Assembly (NCBI GenBank): GCA_965371015.1
Contig: CBDUWU010000002.1
Location: 1 to 46,442, forward strand
From: an uncultured bacterium
Lineage (GTDB): Bacteria > Krumholzibacteriota > Krumholzibacteriia > WVZY01 > JAKEHA01
Direction: 5' to 3'
Length of the DNA: 46,442 bases
A program made the position numbers and the translations under genes. The notes beneath the pieces were generated by a model that was not told the origin of the DNA, searched no databases, and saw only the letters and a program-made list of their open reading frames with translations. This document shows positions 35,184 to 44,696 of the stretch, in pieces (position 1 is the first letter of the stretch; each line of letters opens with the position of its first letter).

Positions 35184-35876
35184 TTACTCCAGCGCCGCGC
35201 GCAGGGCCGCCCTGGCGAGCAGCCGTGTGGAGTCGAGTACGGGCAGCGGTGAATTCTCGGGCGTCACGATCAGCGGAATTTCCGTGCAGGCGAGCGCGAC
35301 GGCGTCACAACCGTCATTCGCCATCTCGCCGATTAACCCGGTAAAGTACTCCTGCGCTTCTTTGGTGAAGCGGTGGGCGACCAGTTCGTCGAATATGATC
35401 TTGTTGATCAGCTCGCGATCCTTGGCGCCCGGTATCGTGTTCTCGATGCCGACCTCCGACAGCTTGTCGCTGTAAACGGGTCCGTCCATCGTATACGTCG
35501 TCCCGATGATGCCGAGGCGTTTGAACCCCTCGCGCTGGGCGGCCATTGCCACTTCCTCGGCGATGTGCAGCCAGGGAAGGCTCGACTTTTCGACCACCGC
35601 ATCGTAGACGCGGTGAATCGTGTTGTCGGGGCAGATCACCAGTTCGGCGCCCGCCTTCGCGATCTTTTCCTGCGACGACAGCATCAGCGCGGCCACGCCG
35701 TCCCACGCCCCCGCCTCCATCAGTCTTACGTAATCGCTGAACGGGTGCGTGTGTATACTCACTTCCGGGTGGGCGTGACGGGCGCCCAGCAATGCGGGCG
35801 CTTCTGTGCAAATCGTCGTGTAGCAAAGCGCCGCGCCCTCGGCACTACAGGCTACGATTCCGATGTGTTTGGCCAC
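35184..35876 (-). CDS. Asp/Glu/hydantoin racemase superfamily protein (single-Cys variant)
   Basis: Start moved to GTG 35876, 10 nt after GGAGG. GAELVICPDNTIH aligns to the ..PCNTAH.. motif, and VALACTEIP aligns to ..GCTE... Confidence 0.75.
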   Translation of the reverse strand: MAKHIGIVACSAEGAALCYTTICTEAPALLGARHAHPEVSIHTHPFSDYVRLMEAGAWDGVAALMLSSQEKIAKAGAELVICPDNTIHRVYDAVVEKSSLPWLHIAEEVAMAAQREGFKRLGIIGTTYTMDGPVYSDKLSEVGIENTIPGAKDRELINKIIFDELVAHRFTKEAQEYFTGLIGEMANDGCDAVALACTEIPLIVTPENSPLPVLDSTRLLARAALRAALE

Positions 35877-36028
35877 TCTCTCCGAGCCTCCTTGGGAAAT
35901 ATCGGGCAGCCGTTGGATCTCCCCTTCCCTGCTGCCCGTCGTAACTGCATTCAACGTTCCACTGTAATCGCAAACCAGTATTTTTAAAAGAGAATTCCTT
36001 TCAGGGGACACCGTTATCCCGAAAGTCG

Positions 36029-36058
36029 TTGACAGTCATCGCGGATCACGGGGATACT
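36029..36058 (+). promoter_or_regulatory. sigma70-type promoter candidate for the acyl-CoA ligase gene (TTGACA-18-GATACT)
   Basis: TTGACA at 36029-36034 is the 'TTG start' of the ORF-track model. GATACT lies at 36053-36058. Confidence 0.4.
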
Positions 36059-36109
36059 CAGGGGGTCCGCCCTCCGAACGATCAAACAGATTCCGACAGG
36101 GGACCCCCC

Positions 36110-37894
36110 ATGCCTATCGAAACGATTCCCCAGCAGCTTCTCCACGTTGTCGAGACCTTCAACAAGCCCGACGCTTTTCGGTACAAACCCCCGGGGGGCG
36201 GTCGCTATGTCGACGTGTCACACCGGGAGGCGCTCGAGCGCGTCTACCACGCCGCCCTCGGATTGCACGCGCTTCAACTCGCCAAACAGGACCGCGTGGC
36301 ACTGCTCTCCGAGAACCGGTTGGAGTGGGCGGTGGCCGACCTTGCCATCCTGTCGGCCGGATGCATCAACGTCCCGGTATACGCCACGCTGCCCGCGCCA
36401 CAGGTGGAATATATTCTCTCCGACTCCGAGGCGAGGGCGGTGTTCGTTTCGACGCGGGATCAGCTGGCCAAGGTGGAAGCCAGCCGGAGCAAGCTGCCGA
36501 AGCTGCAGCACATTATTTCATTCGACCCGGAATGCGACGCGGAAGGCGTCATCACCCTGGACGCGCTCGTCGCCCGCGGCGAAATGGTCGCGGACAAGCC
36601 CGCCTACAAGGACCTCATCGCCACGATCGGCAAGTACGACTGGGCGAGCATAATCTATACCTCGGGAACGACGGGAGTCCCTAAGGGCTCGATTCTCACG
36701 CACTGGAACTTTCTCAGCAACGTCAACGCGGCGCTGTCGGTCCTCCGCATCACACCGACCGACTCGTGTCTGTCTTTTCTGCCGTTGAGCCACGTCTTCG
36801 AGCGCACGGCCGGATACTACACCATGCTCACCGCCGGCGTTTCGATCGCCTACGCCGAGACGATGGAATCCGTGGCCGACAACATGCTGGAAATATCCCC
36901 CACGATCATGATCGCCGTCCCCCGGTTCTACGAAAAGATTCACGGGCGCGTCATGGCGGCGGTCGAGCAGGGTTCAGGGATGAAAAAAGGTCTGTTCAAG
37001 TGGGCGATGAAGACGGGAGATAAGTACGTGGCGGAAACGCTCGCCGGCAAAGTGGGTTTCATGACCAGCCGCAAACGCGGATTGGCCGACGCTCTTGTAT
37101 TTCGCAAACTCAAGGCTCGAACAGGCGGAAGTATCCGCTTCTTCGTATCGGGCGGGGCTCCGCTCAACCCGGGAATCAACCGGTTTTTCCACGCGGCGGG
37201 CTTAACGCTGCTGGAGGGCTACGGTTTGACAGAGACGTCACCCATGATTTCGGCCAACACATTCGAGCACCTCAGATTTGGAACGGTGGGCAAGCCCCTC
37301 CCCGGTGTCGACGTCAAGATTGCCCCGGACGGCGAGATCCTGGTGCGCGGCGACCTCATCATGCAGGGCTACTACAAGAAGCCGGATGAGACCAATGAGG
37401 CCATCGTCGACGGTTGGTTCTATACCGGCGACATCGGACATATCGACGAGGACGGTTTTCTTTCCATTACCGACCGCAAAAAGGACATCATCGTCACGGC
37501 GGGGGGCAAGAACGTCGCGCCCCAGCCGATGGAGAACTGCCTCAAAAACAGCAGATTCATCGACGAGGTGATCGTGATCGGGAACGGTCGCAAGTTCGTT
37601 TCGGCGCTGATCATCCCCAACTTCGAAAACCTGCGTCAGTTCGCCGTCGGCCATCACATCGCCCACACCTCGGACGATGAGCTGGTCGCCCACGCCCAGG
37701 TTTTCGAGCTCTATACCGACGAAATCGCACGGCTCTGCGAACCGTTCGCCGGGTTCGAGCAGATCAAGAAATTCACGATTCTCGCGACACCGCTCACCAT
37801 CGAGTCGGGCGAACTCACCCCGAGCCTCAAGGTCAAGCGCCGGATCATCGAGAGCAAGTACAAGGACCAGATCGACTCGCTTTACGCGGATTGA
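36110..37894 (+). CDS. long-chain fatty acid--CoA ligase (AMP-forming)
   Basis: Start moved to ATG 36110. IIYTSGTTGVPKG, GYGLTETSP and GWFYTGDIGHIDEDGFLSITDRKKD. Confidence 0.9.
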   Translation: MPIETIPQQLLHVVETFNKPDAFRYKPPGGGRYVDVSHREALERVYHAALGLHALQLAKQDRVALLSENRLEWAVADLAILSAGCINVPVYATLPAPQVEYILSDSEARAVFVSTRDQLAKVEASRSKLPKLQHIISFDPECDAEGVITLDALVARGEMVADKPAYKDLIATIGKYDWASIIYTSGTTGVPKGSILTHWNFLSNVNAALSVLRITPTDSCLSFLPLSHVFERTAGYYTMLTAGVSIAYAETMESVADNMLEISPTIMIAVPRFYEKIHGRVMAAVEQGSGMKKGLFKWAMKTGDKYVAETLAGKVGFMTSRKRGLADALVFRKLKARTGGSIRFFVSGGAPLNPGINRFFHAAGLTLLEGYGLTETSPMISANTFEHLRFGTVGKPLPGVDVKIAPDGEILVRGDLIMQGYYKKPDETNEAIVDGWFYTGDIGHIDEDGFLSITDRKKDIIVTAGGKNVAPQPMENCLKNSRFIDEVIVIGNGRKFVSALIIPNFENLRQFAVGHHIAHTSDDELVAHAQVFELYTDEIARLCEPFAGFEQIKKFTILATPLTIESGELTPSLKVKRRIIESKYKDQIDSLYAD

Positions 37895-38065
37895 CCGGGA
37901 CTCCGTCCTGGACCGGATAGCCAGAAGCACCGGACACAGGGACCCCGGCTTCGGCTCGAATCGCGGAAACCCCGTGCCTGTCCGCGAATCACCAGCTTAT
38001 CGTGGCCGCATGGCTTCTCATCCGCTATAATAGAGCACGTACTTCCCCTGCGATTGCGCCGTGCC

Positions 38066-40621
38066 ATGCGTCATTGTATCGCCATCATCTGTCTGCTAAC
38101 CGTCGTGATCCCACCGGCTTCGGCGCGCGGTGAAGCCGCGTCCGATTCGCTCTACCGCGCCAACCACCCGCGTCTGCTCCTTACCCGCGGGGAACTCCCC
38201 GCGCTGCGGGCGAAGGTCCGCGACGGGACCCGCGACGGAGAGGCGTACCTCTACGCCCGCCACCTGATGGACGACGTGTTTCCCGGATACGACAACGACA
38301 AGATGCTGTCCCACTCCTACGGCGTGGGGACGTTCCCCACCGTGTGCATGCTCGCCTGGCTCGAAGCGGTCCCCGACACGGCGGCGATCAACCTGGGGCG
38401 CCGCCTGGTGGATCACACCATCGCCGCCTACGGACCCGACGACAACGTCTACTACGCGCCACTTCGCCTCCGCCTCCTCGCGCTCGGATACGACTCGTTC
38501 TACCAGGACGCGACGGCGCCCGAGCGCGCCGCCGTGCGTGCTGAAATGGAAGCCTACATCGACACCATGGTCACAACGCGCACGTACGAGTATTGGAAGT
38601 ATCGCCCTTACCTCGCCAACATCTCCACGATGATCGCGTCGGCGCTCGGGCTCGCCGCGATCTGCCTCGACGGCGAAACCGACCCCGCCCGCGTCGAGGC
38701 GGCGCTGTCGGCGTCGTACGAGTACATCGACCAGTGGCTCGAGTACCAGCTCGACCCCGGCGGCTCCTACAAGGAAGGCGCCATGTACGCCGGCTGGTGC
38801 ATGCGCAACCTCTGCTACTACTTCTGGGCGCGCAAGCGCTTCGACGGGTTCGACTACTCGAACGAGGACCGGATCCGCAACATCGAGCGCTGGGTCGCCC
38901 ACACACTGTTGCCTATCGGCAACGCGTGGGTCAATAACGTTGGCGACGCGACGACGCTCAACTTCCCCTGGTCGCGGCACCACACCTACTTCGACTGGGC
39001 GCAGTGGGAGTGGAACAGCGGGTTGTCGGCGTGGCTGTGGGAATATATCCTGGGGTGGTATGGACACGATTCGGGCGAGCTCGCCGACCCGACCGCCACC
39101 ATGCTGTGGCACCGTACCCTCGTCCCCGTCGACCCGGAGTCGATACTCCCCCCCACGAGGGTGCTGTGGGCGGACCGCGGCCAGTACTATTTCCGCACGG
39201 GGTGGCCGTTGTACGGATCTTCGTCGGATGACATCGTACTGAGCTTCTACTCGGGGAAATTCCACGGCGGGCATTCGCAGGAGGACCAGAACAACTTCAC
39301 CCTCTACGGTTACCTTTCGCGGTTCGTCATCGACCACGGGTATGGCGAGCCAGGGCGCACGAGCGCGGCGCACAACATGGTGTTCATCGACGGCGCCGGC
39401 CAGCATCACTCGGGCGCATCGGTCGGCACCGACGGAAGGATCGCCGAATACCTTCCGGGTGGACTCGCCGACTACATCATGGGCGACGCGACGGCGGCGT
39501 ATACCACCTATAGCGAGTTCAACCGGCCCGGATATCCCTTTCCCGAGAACGACTGGTCGTACGGATACCGGGGCGCCAATCCCGTCCGTTACGCCCACCG
39601 CCGGCTCCTCGTCGTCCACGGCCGGGAGGCGCTTCCGTACGTGATCCTGATGGACGACATCGACAAGGACGGCGCCACGCACGACTACGAGTGGCGGCTC
39701 CACACCGACGCGTCCAATACGGTGGACGTGTCGCAAAATCCGGTAGTTATCGGCGGCCCCGGCGGGTGGATGGACGTCCACGTCGTTGCGCCCGCGTTCG
39801 GATCGCTGACGGCGGAAACGTCGGTGTTCGACAACGGCCACGAAGACCCCGACGCCACGGTGATCTCTCTTTCCACGACGGATGACGCGGCGCATTTCAT
39901 TTTTTTACTGCTGATGCGAGACGGCAACACCCCGGTCCTCACTCCGGAGATCACGAACGCCTCGTGGGGCGAGGCGTTCGTGATCGAAAGAGCCGACAGC
40001 GTCGTCGATTCGTTTGCGCGCAACCACTCGGGCGAACGGATCGGGTTCCACGATTTCGTGACCGACGCCACCATGACGCTGACGCGGAGCGCGTCACGGT
40101 CGCTGACCAGTTTCGTCATAACAGGTGCGACCGTGCTGAAGTGGGGCAAATTTCCCTGGGTGACGGTCGCCGACGGCCCGCTGGGTGTGTCGTACGGCGG
40201 CGGCGAGATCCACATCGACCGGCGCGATGCGGCATTCCGCATCTATGCGCCCGGGGGCGAAACAGTCCTCTACCAGGGCTCGCCCGTGCGTACGCGGCGC
40301 GACGGCGACTACGTGGTGTCGGCGGAGTACGAGGCGTCATCGGTCCCCGGAGTAACGATCACGGCGTATCCCAATCCGTTCAACACCGACACCCGCATCA
40401 AAGTCAACATGGCGCGTGCCGGACACCTGAAAGTCGAGATATTCGACGCGGCGGGCCGGCGCGTCCGGAAGCTGTGGGAAGGCGAGGCAGACTTCGGGGA
40501 GCGGATCGTGGTCTGGGACGGCTGGAGCGACAAGGGCCGGCCCGTCGCCAGCGGGGTTTACCTGGTGCGCGCGGTCTCGCCGGATGGCGTTGCTTCCACC
40601 AAACTCGTTCGCATCAGATAA
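38066..40621 (+). CDS. heparinase II/III-like polysaccharide lyase with C-terminal T9SS sorting domain
   Basis: ATG 38066 with signal peptide MRHCIAIICLLTVVIPPASA. GGHSQEDQNNFTLYGY...IDHGYGE...AHNMVFIDGAGQ. The C-terminal 88 aa are ITAYPNPFNTDTRIKV...GVYLVRAV...KLVRIR. Confidence 0.85.
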   Translation: MRHCIAIICLLTVVIPPASARGEAASDSLYRANHPRLLLTRGELPALRAKVRDGTRDGEAYLYARHLMDDVFPGYDNDKMLSHSYGVGTFPTVCMLAWLEAVPDTAAINLGRRLVDHTIAAYGPDDNVYYAPLRLRLLALGYDSFYQDATAPERAAVRAEMEAYIDTMVTTRTYEYWKYRPYLANISTMIASALGLAAICLDGETDPARVEAALSASYEYIDQWLEYQLDPGGSYKEGAMYAGWCMRNLCYYFWARKRFDGFDYSNEDRIRNIERWVAHTLLPIGNAWVNNVGDATTLNFPWSRHHTYFDWAQWEWNSGLSAWLWEYILGWYGHDSGELADPTATMLWHRTLVPVDPESILPPTRVLWADRGQYYFRTGWPLYGSSSDDIVLSFYSGKFHGGHSQEDQNNFTLYGYLSRFVIDHGYGEPGRTSAAHNMVFIDGAGQHHSGASVGTDGRIAEYLPGGLADYIMGDATAAYTTYSEFNRPGYPFPENDWSYGYRGANPVRYAHRRLLVVHGREALPYVILMDDIDKDGATHDYEWRLHTDASNTVDVSQNPVVIGGPGGWMDVHVVAPAFGSLTAETSVFDNGHEDPDATVISLSTTDDAAHFIFLLLMRDGNTPVLTPEITNASWGEAFVIERADSVVDSFARNHSGERIGFHDFVTDATMTLTRSASRSLTSFVITGATVLKWGKFPWVTVADGPLGVSYGGGEIHIDRRDAAFRIYAPGGETVLYQGSPVRTRRDGDYVVSAEYEASSVPGVTITAYPNPFNTDTRIKVNMARAGHLKVEIFDAAGRRVRKLWEGEADFGERIVVWDGWSDKGRPVASGVYLVRAVSPDGVASTKLVRIR

Positions 40622-40644
40622 CCGCATTGAGTTATAATTCTCCA

Positions 40645-41496
40645 ATGGCCAACTGCTTTTTCGTCAGCGATCTGCACGGCAAGCCGCACCGATACGAGCG
40701 GCTGTTTGAAGCCATCGGGGCCGAAATCCCGTCTGCCATCTTCATCGGGGGAGACCTGTTCCCCCACATGGCCGGTCACGAGGGCGTCCCGTCGGATTTT
40801 CTCGGTGAGTTCCTCGGTCCGCTCCTGGAAAAAACCAGACAGCAGCTCAAGGATCGGTACCCGACCGTGTTCGTGATTCTCGGAAACGACGACACGAAGA
40901 GTGAAGAGGCCACCGTCAAGACGATTGCCGACCGCGGTCTGTGGCACTACGCCCACCGGCGGCGATACGAGTGGGGACGGCACCAGGTCTATGGATATGC
41001 CTGCGTCCCGCCGTCGCCGTTTCTGCTGAAGGACTGGGAAAAGTACGACGTATCGAGGTATACGCCGCACGGCAGTGTTTCACCCGAAGAGGGATACCGC
41101 AGCGTGCCCGTCGACCCGAGCGATATCCGCCACGCCACCATCGAACAGGATCTCGAAGAACTGGCGGGTACGGACGACGTTACGAACGCCCTGTTTCTCT
41201 TCCACACCCCCCCGCACGAAACTCGCCTCGACCGGGCCGCACTCGACGGCAAGATGATCGACCACGTTCCGTTCGACGTGCACGTGGGCAGCATCGCCGT
41301 GCGCCGCTTCATCGAAGCAAGGCAACCTCTGATCACACTCCACGGCCATATCCACGAGTCTACGCGCCTGACGGGCGAGTGGCGCGACAGAATCGGCCGC
41401 ACCCATTCGTTCAACGCGGCACACGACGGTCCGGAGCTCTCTCTTATTCGTTTTGATCCGAGTGACCCCGCCGGGGCAGAGCGGGAATTGTTGTAG
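40645..41496 (+). CDS. calcineurin-like metallophosphoesterase
   Basis: ATG 40645. FFVSDLHG, GGDLF, LGNDD, FHTPPH and LHGHIHE. The ORF-track start at 39964 is rejected. Confidence 0.85.
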   Translation: MANCFFVSDLHGKPHRYERLFEAIGAEIPSAIFIGGDLFPHMAGHEGVPSDFLGEFLGPLLEKTRQQLKDRYPTVFVILGNDDTKSEEATVKTIADRGLWHYAHRRRYEWGRHQVYGYACVPPSPFLLKDWEKYDVSRYTPHGSVSPEEGYRSVPVDPSDIRHATIEQDLEELAGTDDVTNALFLFHTPPHETRLDRAALDGKMIDHVPFDVHVGSIAVRRFIEARQPLITLHGHIHESTRLTGEWRDRIGRTHSFNAAHDGPELSLIRFDPSDPAGAERELL

Positions 41497-41511
41497 GTCT
41501 CACCGCCGCTC

Positions 41512-44500
41512 TCAACCGTCCCCACCCGGCTCGAGGAACCGGGCCGCGTCGGTGACCGCCCCGATCTTGCAGGCGTAGCTGGTCTGCTTTTCGATATCAT
41601 CATCGGTCACATAGTGCACGTCCAGCAACCCGTCCGAACGGTACCCCGTCCTCAGGTAGTTGAACTCGGCGAGGGACCGGCTCCAGCCATCGAGCCACAG
41701 CGACAGCTTCTCACGCTGCTCTTCGCTGCCATCGATGTGGACGATGAGATCGAGGTCGCTTCCCGGCCCGGCCGTGGCGTTTTTGACGCTCCCGAACACG
41801 TAGACCCCTTTGACGCCAAAAACGTCCCGATCCAGCATCCGCGCCATTTTTTTGGCCATACGCAAACGCCACCGCCAGTGATCTTCGGACCGGCTTTCCT
41901 TCCGGAGTTGTCCGGCGGGTTGTTCATCAACAGTCTGCACGCCGGGCTGTGAAAGAACACCAACGGCCTCGTCCAGATCGGCATTGAGGAGAATCTTCAG
42001 TATCTGCCCGTCCGCAACATCGGGGATATCGATGACGTGGATAACGTCACTTAGGCGCTCGTACTCCGGCAACAAATCGGCCAGGATGTTCTTTTTTCGT
42101 CGCAAAAACCCTTCGTTGAACACCGTGTCGTCATCGTCGGGATAAAGCGGGAGATAGCGGATATCCGCTTCTACGAGGTCCTGAAAAAAGTGGGTGCCGA
42201 ATGATAACTCGGGCACGTAGTTTTCTTTTTGACGCGCGACCTCGATCAGGGCACAGGTATTGTTGATGTCAGAGTAAGTGACCCCCACACCCAGCTTGAT
42301 ATCACCTCGACTACCCCAACGCCCCGGACCGATCAGCACAAACTGACGTTTGGGAAGTATCTTGTTGAGCCGGCTCACTGCACGCCCGACGTCCTTGAGG
42401 TCTCCCAGTTCCGGTAGTTCCCCGTACCGCTCCGGATCCACGTAGACGACATGGGAGACGTCTGGGACCCGACCGTTCGAAATATATCGGTTGGCGGTAA
42501 AGATCACCCTTTCCCGGGGGAGGTCCCGCGGGATCGGAGCGGGTTCGAAATCGGGAGACGCGCTCTGCGCCCGGCACTGCAGGAGATACAGGTTCTGTCC
42601 ATCGGACGCAAACTCGATGTCGACCGGGTATCCGGTACTCTCTCCGAGAAAATCCAGAACGGCCTTGACCCTGGAAACGAATTCACCGTCCTCGATCAAC
42701 CCCTGGAAAGTGAACGCGAGATCGTCGGAATCCCAGTCGGGCTCCAGCCCTCTCGGCCGCCGGATCTGCTCGCGCGTCACGATCGAAACGAGATCACGAA
42801 TCGCCGGGTAGTCTTCCCCCGCCTCCTTGAGCAACTTTCGGACTTCAATCGTAACGAAGGTGTTTTGCTCGAGGTCAATCACGTCGATCATTTTGGGAGA
42901 GTAGCGCATGACTTCGTCGGGTGTGACGTTGACGCGGAGTCCGGGCTGACCCGGCGCCAGAAGAACGGGATAGTCGTCGCTGATCCGGTCGACGGCCCTC
43001 GTCCCCAGCCCGGGAACCATGCGGACGAGCCCATCGTCGCGCTGGATCCGCGGCGACCAGCGAAATTCGTTGCGCGAAAAAGCCACTCCGGCATAGGCCG
43101 GCAGGAAGTAGCGGCCCACGCGCCGTCCGACCACCTCCTGGATCATCACCGCCATTTCCTCGTGAACGTCAAGAAGGCCGCGTTCGGCCCTGTATTCTAT
43201 CGGGTCCGGCCCGAAAATCGACGCGTACACCTCGGCGATCGCGTCCTGGAGCGCTTCGAGCCGTTCGCGTTTACTTCCCTGGTTGGCAACAAAAAGGCTC
43301 TTGTACTTGCCCGAGAACGCCGCTCCCGTCTGATCTTCCAGGAGACTGGAACTGCGCACCACGAGGGGCTTGTCCTCGAAGTCATCCAGCGCAACCGCCA
43401 ATCCGTTGACCATTTCGGCCGGGAATCGGGAGTTCTTGAATACCTGTACGATCCGCGGGTAGTCGCGACGGATCCGTTCGACATCGGCGTACTTGTGGTC
43501 GTAGATATCGTCGAGATTGTTGTGGCGAATGAATTCGAGCTGGCTGTCAGAACTGACGTACCACGTCCGGGGGTTTTTGATCTGATCGAACATCTCGCGA
43601 TTTCCCAGGGAATTCTTCAAAAGAGTGCAGGCAAGAAACAACCCGGTACTCTTGCCGCCCAGGCGCCCGTGGCTCTGCGCGGGGTAGACGATGTGATTGA
43701 GCAATTCGTGAAAATCGGAGACCCGCACCTGGTTCTTCATAATATTGAGAAATTCCAGGTCGCTGCTGAAGAATCGGCGGAGCAGCGAGACGTGGAGGCT
43801 CTTCTGGAGAGCCGGAGGAAGCTCGTCTTCCTCGATCTCTGAAGACTTGAACCGGTCGAGGGCCGCGGCGACGTCGGAAAGGCTGCTGTGGGGCGTTTCG
43901 AGCGTCTCTATCAGCCCGCTGGCTTTGTCCTCTTCAATCCACGCGCGGATATTGGCGATCATTTCCTCGTCGCTGCAATGCTCCGCCGCGATGGTGAACG
44001 TTTTGTCGGCGAGGGCCGCGACGTCGCGCAGGTCGGATCGGCGGGCCGGCCGGTTCTCGTCCTCCTCCCCCGCCGTCTCGACGTCCTCGGAGACGAATTC
44101 GCGCAAGAGATCTCCTGCGTCTCCGGCTCCCGTCCAGCAGAGATAGTTGATCATCTTGCGGGTGATTCGGGCGAGCAGGGCGTGATCCGTTCTCCTGAGG
44201 AACGCCATAATGACCTGCCATTCGCTGCTCGACGCGTTCGACGCTTTTTCGACTGCGTTCGTCCAGTTTTCGTGATCGGAACGCAGTCGCTTCTGGAGAA
44301 CGTACAGGCCGATGCGCTCGGCTATCGTGTTTATCAGCCGACGTTCTTCTTTTAGAAACGGGCCCTCGTCGGCCGCAGGCCGCTGTTCTCCGTAGCAAAC
44401 CACCACCTCCCCGATAACACGTTGCTCGAACTCGATGTCGGCCTGCTGGCGCCACTCGGTCTCCTCGCAACCGTCACTTTCGTACTTGTCCTCCTCGATC

Positions 44501-44694
44501 CTGATCCTCGCCTGGCACACGTCGGGATACTGCCATCCCGGCGGCAGCGCGGCGGCCAGCTCGTTCATGATCTCGTCCTCGGGGCGGTCGAGCTGACTCA
44601 ACAATTCGTCGACCCGGTAGAGGCAATTCAGCTCTTTGGCGCGTTCCTGGAGGGAATGCATTATTTCGCCGAGAGGGTTTTCCTGTTCCTTCAT
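41512..44694 (-). CDS. multidomain protein: GAF-like sensor, helical linker, PPDK_N (PEP/pyruvate-binding ATP-grasp), GRWGS/HFF C-terminal module and Pol-beta-type nucleotidyltransferase
   Basis: ATG 44694 lies 2 nt after the upstream stop (TGAAGATG); 1060 aa. KELNCLYRVDEL...GPFLKEERRLINTIA spans aa about 10-135. GGKSTGL, VVRSSSLLED, MAVMIQEVV, VDIEFA and LYLLQCRA mark the ATP-grasp. Then LIGPGRWGS...FGTHFF. C-terminal VYVFGSVKNATAGPGSDLDLIVHI. Confidence 0.8.
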   Translation of the reverse strand: MKEQENPLGEIMHSLQERAKELNCLYRVDELLSQLDRPEDEIMNELAAALPPGWQYPDVCQARIRIEEDKYESDGCEETEWRQQADIEFEQRVIGEVVVCYGEQRPAADEGPFLKEERRLINTIAERIGLYVLQKRLRSDHENWTNAVEKASNASSSEWQVIMAFLRRTDHALLARITRKMINYLCWTGAGDAGDLLREFVSEDVETAGEEDENRPARRSDLRDVAALADKTFTIAAEHCSDEEMIANIRAWIEEDKASGLIETLETPHSSLSDVAAALDRFKSSEIEEDELPPALQKSLHVSLLRRFFSSDLEFLNIMKNQVRVSDFHELLNHIVYPAQSHGRLGGKSTGLFLACTLLKNSLGNREMFDQIKNPRTWYVSSDSQLEFIRHNNLDDIYDHKYADVERIRRDYPRIVQVFKNSRFPAEMVNGLAVALDDFEDKPLVVRSSSLLEDQTGAAFSGKYKSLFVANQGSKRERLEALQDAIAEVYASIFGPDPIEYRAERGLLDVHEEMAVMIQEVVGRRVGRYFLPAYAGVAFSRNEFRWSPRIQRDDGLVRMVPGLGTRAVDRISDDYPVLLAPGQPGLRVNVTPDEVMRYSPKMIDVIDLEQNTFVTIEVRKLLKEAGEDYPAIRDLVSIVTREQIRRPRGLEPDWDSDDLAFTFQGLIEDGEFVSRVKAVLDFLGESTGYPVDIEFASDGQNLYLLQCRAQSASPDFEPAPIPRDLPRERVIFTANRYISNGRVPDVSHVVYVDPERYGELPELGDLKDVGRAVSRLNKILPKRQFVLIGPGRWGSRGDIKLGVGVTYSDINNTCALIEVARQKENYVPELSFGTHFFQDLVEADIRYLPLYPDDDDTVFNEGFLRRKKNILADLLPEYERLSDVIHVIDIPDVADGQILKILLNADLDEAVGVLSQPGVQTVDEQPAGQLRKESRSEDHWRWRLRMAKKMARMLDRDVFGVKGVYVFGSVKNATAGPGSDLDLIVHIDGSEEQREKLSLWLDGWSRSLAEFNYLRTGYRSDGLLDVHYVTDDDIEKQTSYACKIGAVTDAARFLEPGGDG

Positions 44695-44696
44695 CT

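Noticed and set aside
38096-39895. 599-aa minus-strand ORF
   Set aside because: It is antisense to the heparinase II/III-like gene, is Arg/Val/Gly-rich and has no motifs. The 15567-16706(+), 19153-20379(+), 24498-25496(+), 29896-30642(+), 42451-43842(+) and 5559-6455(+) ORFs are rejected for the same reason.
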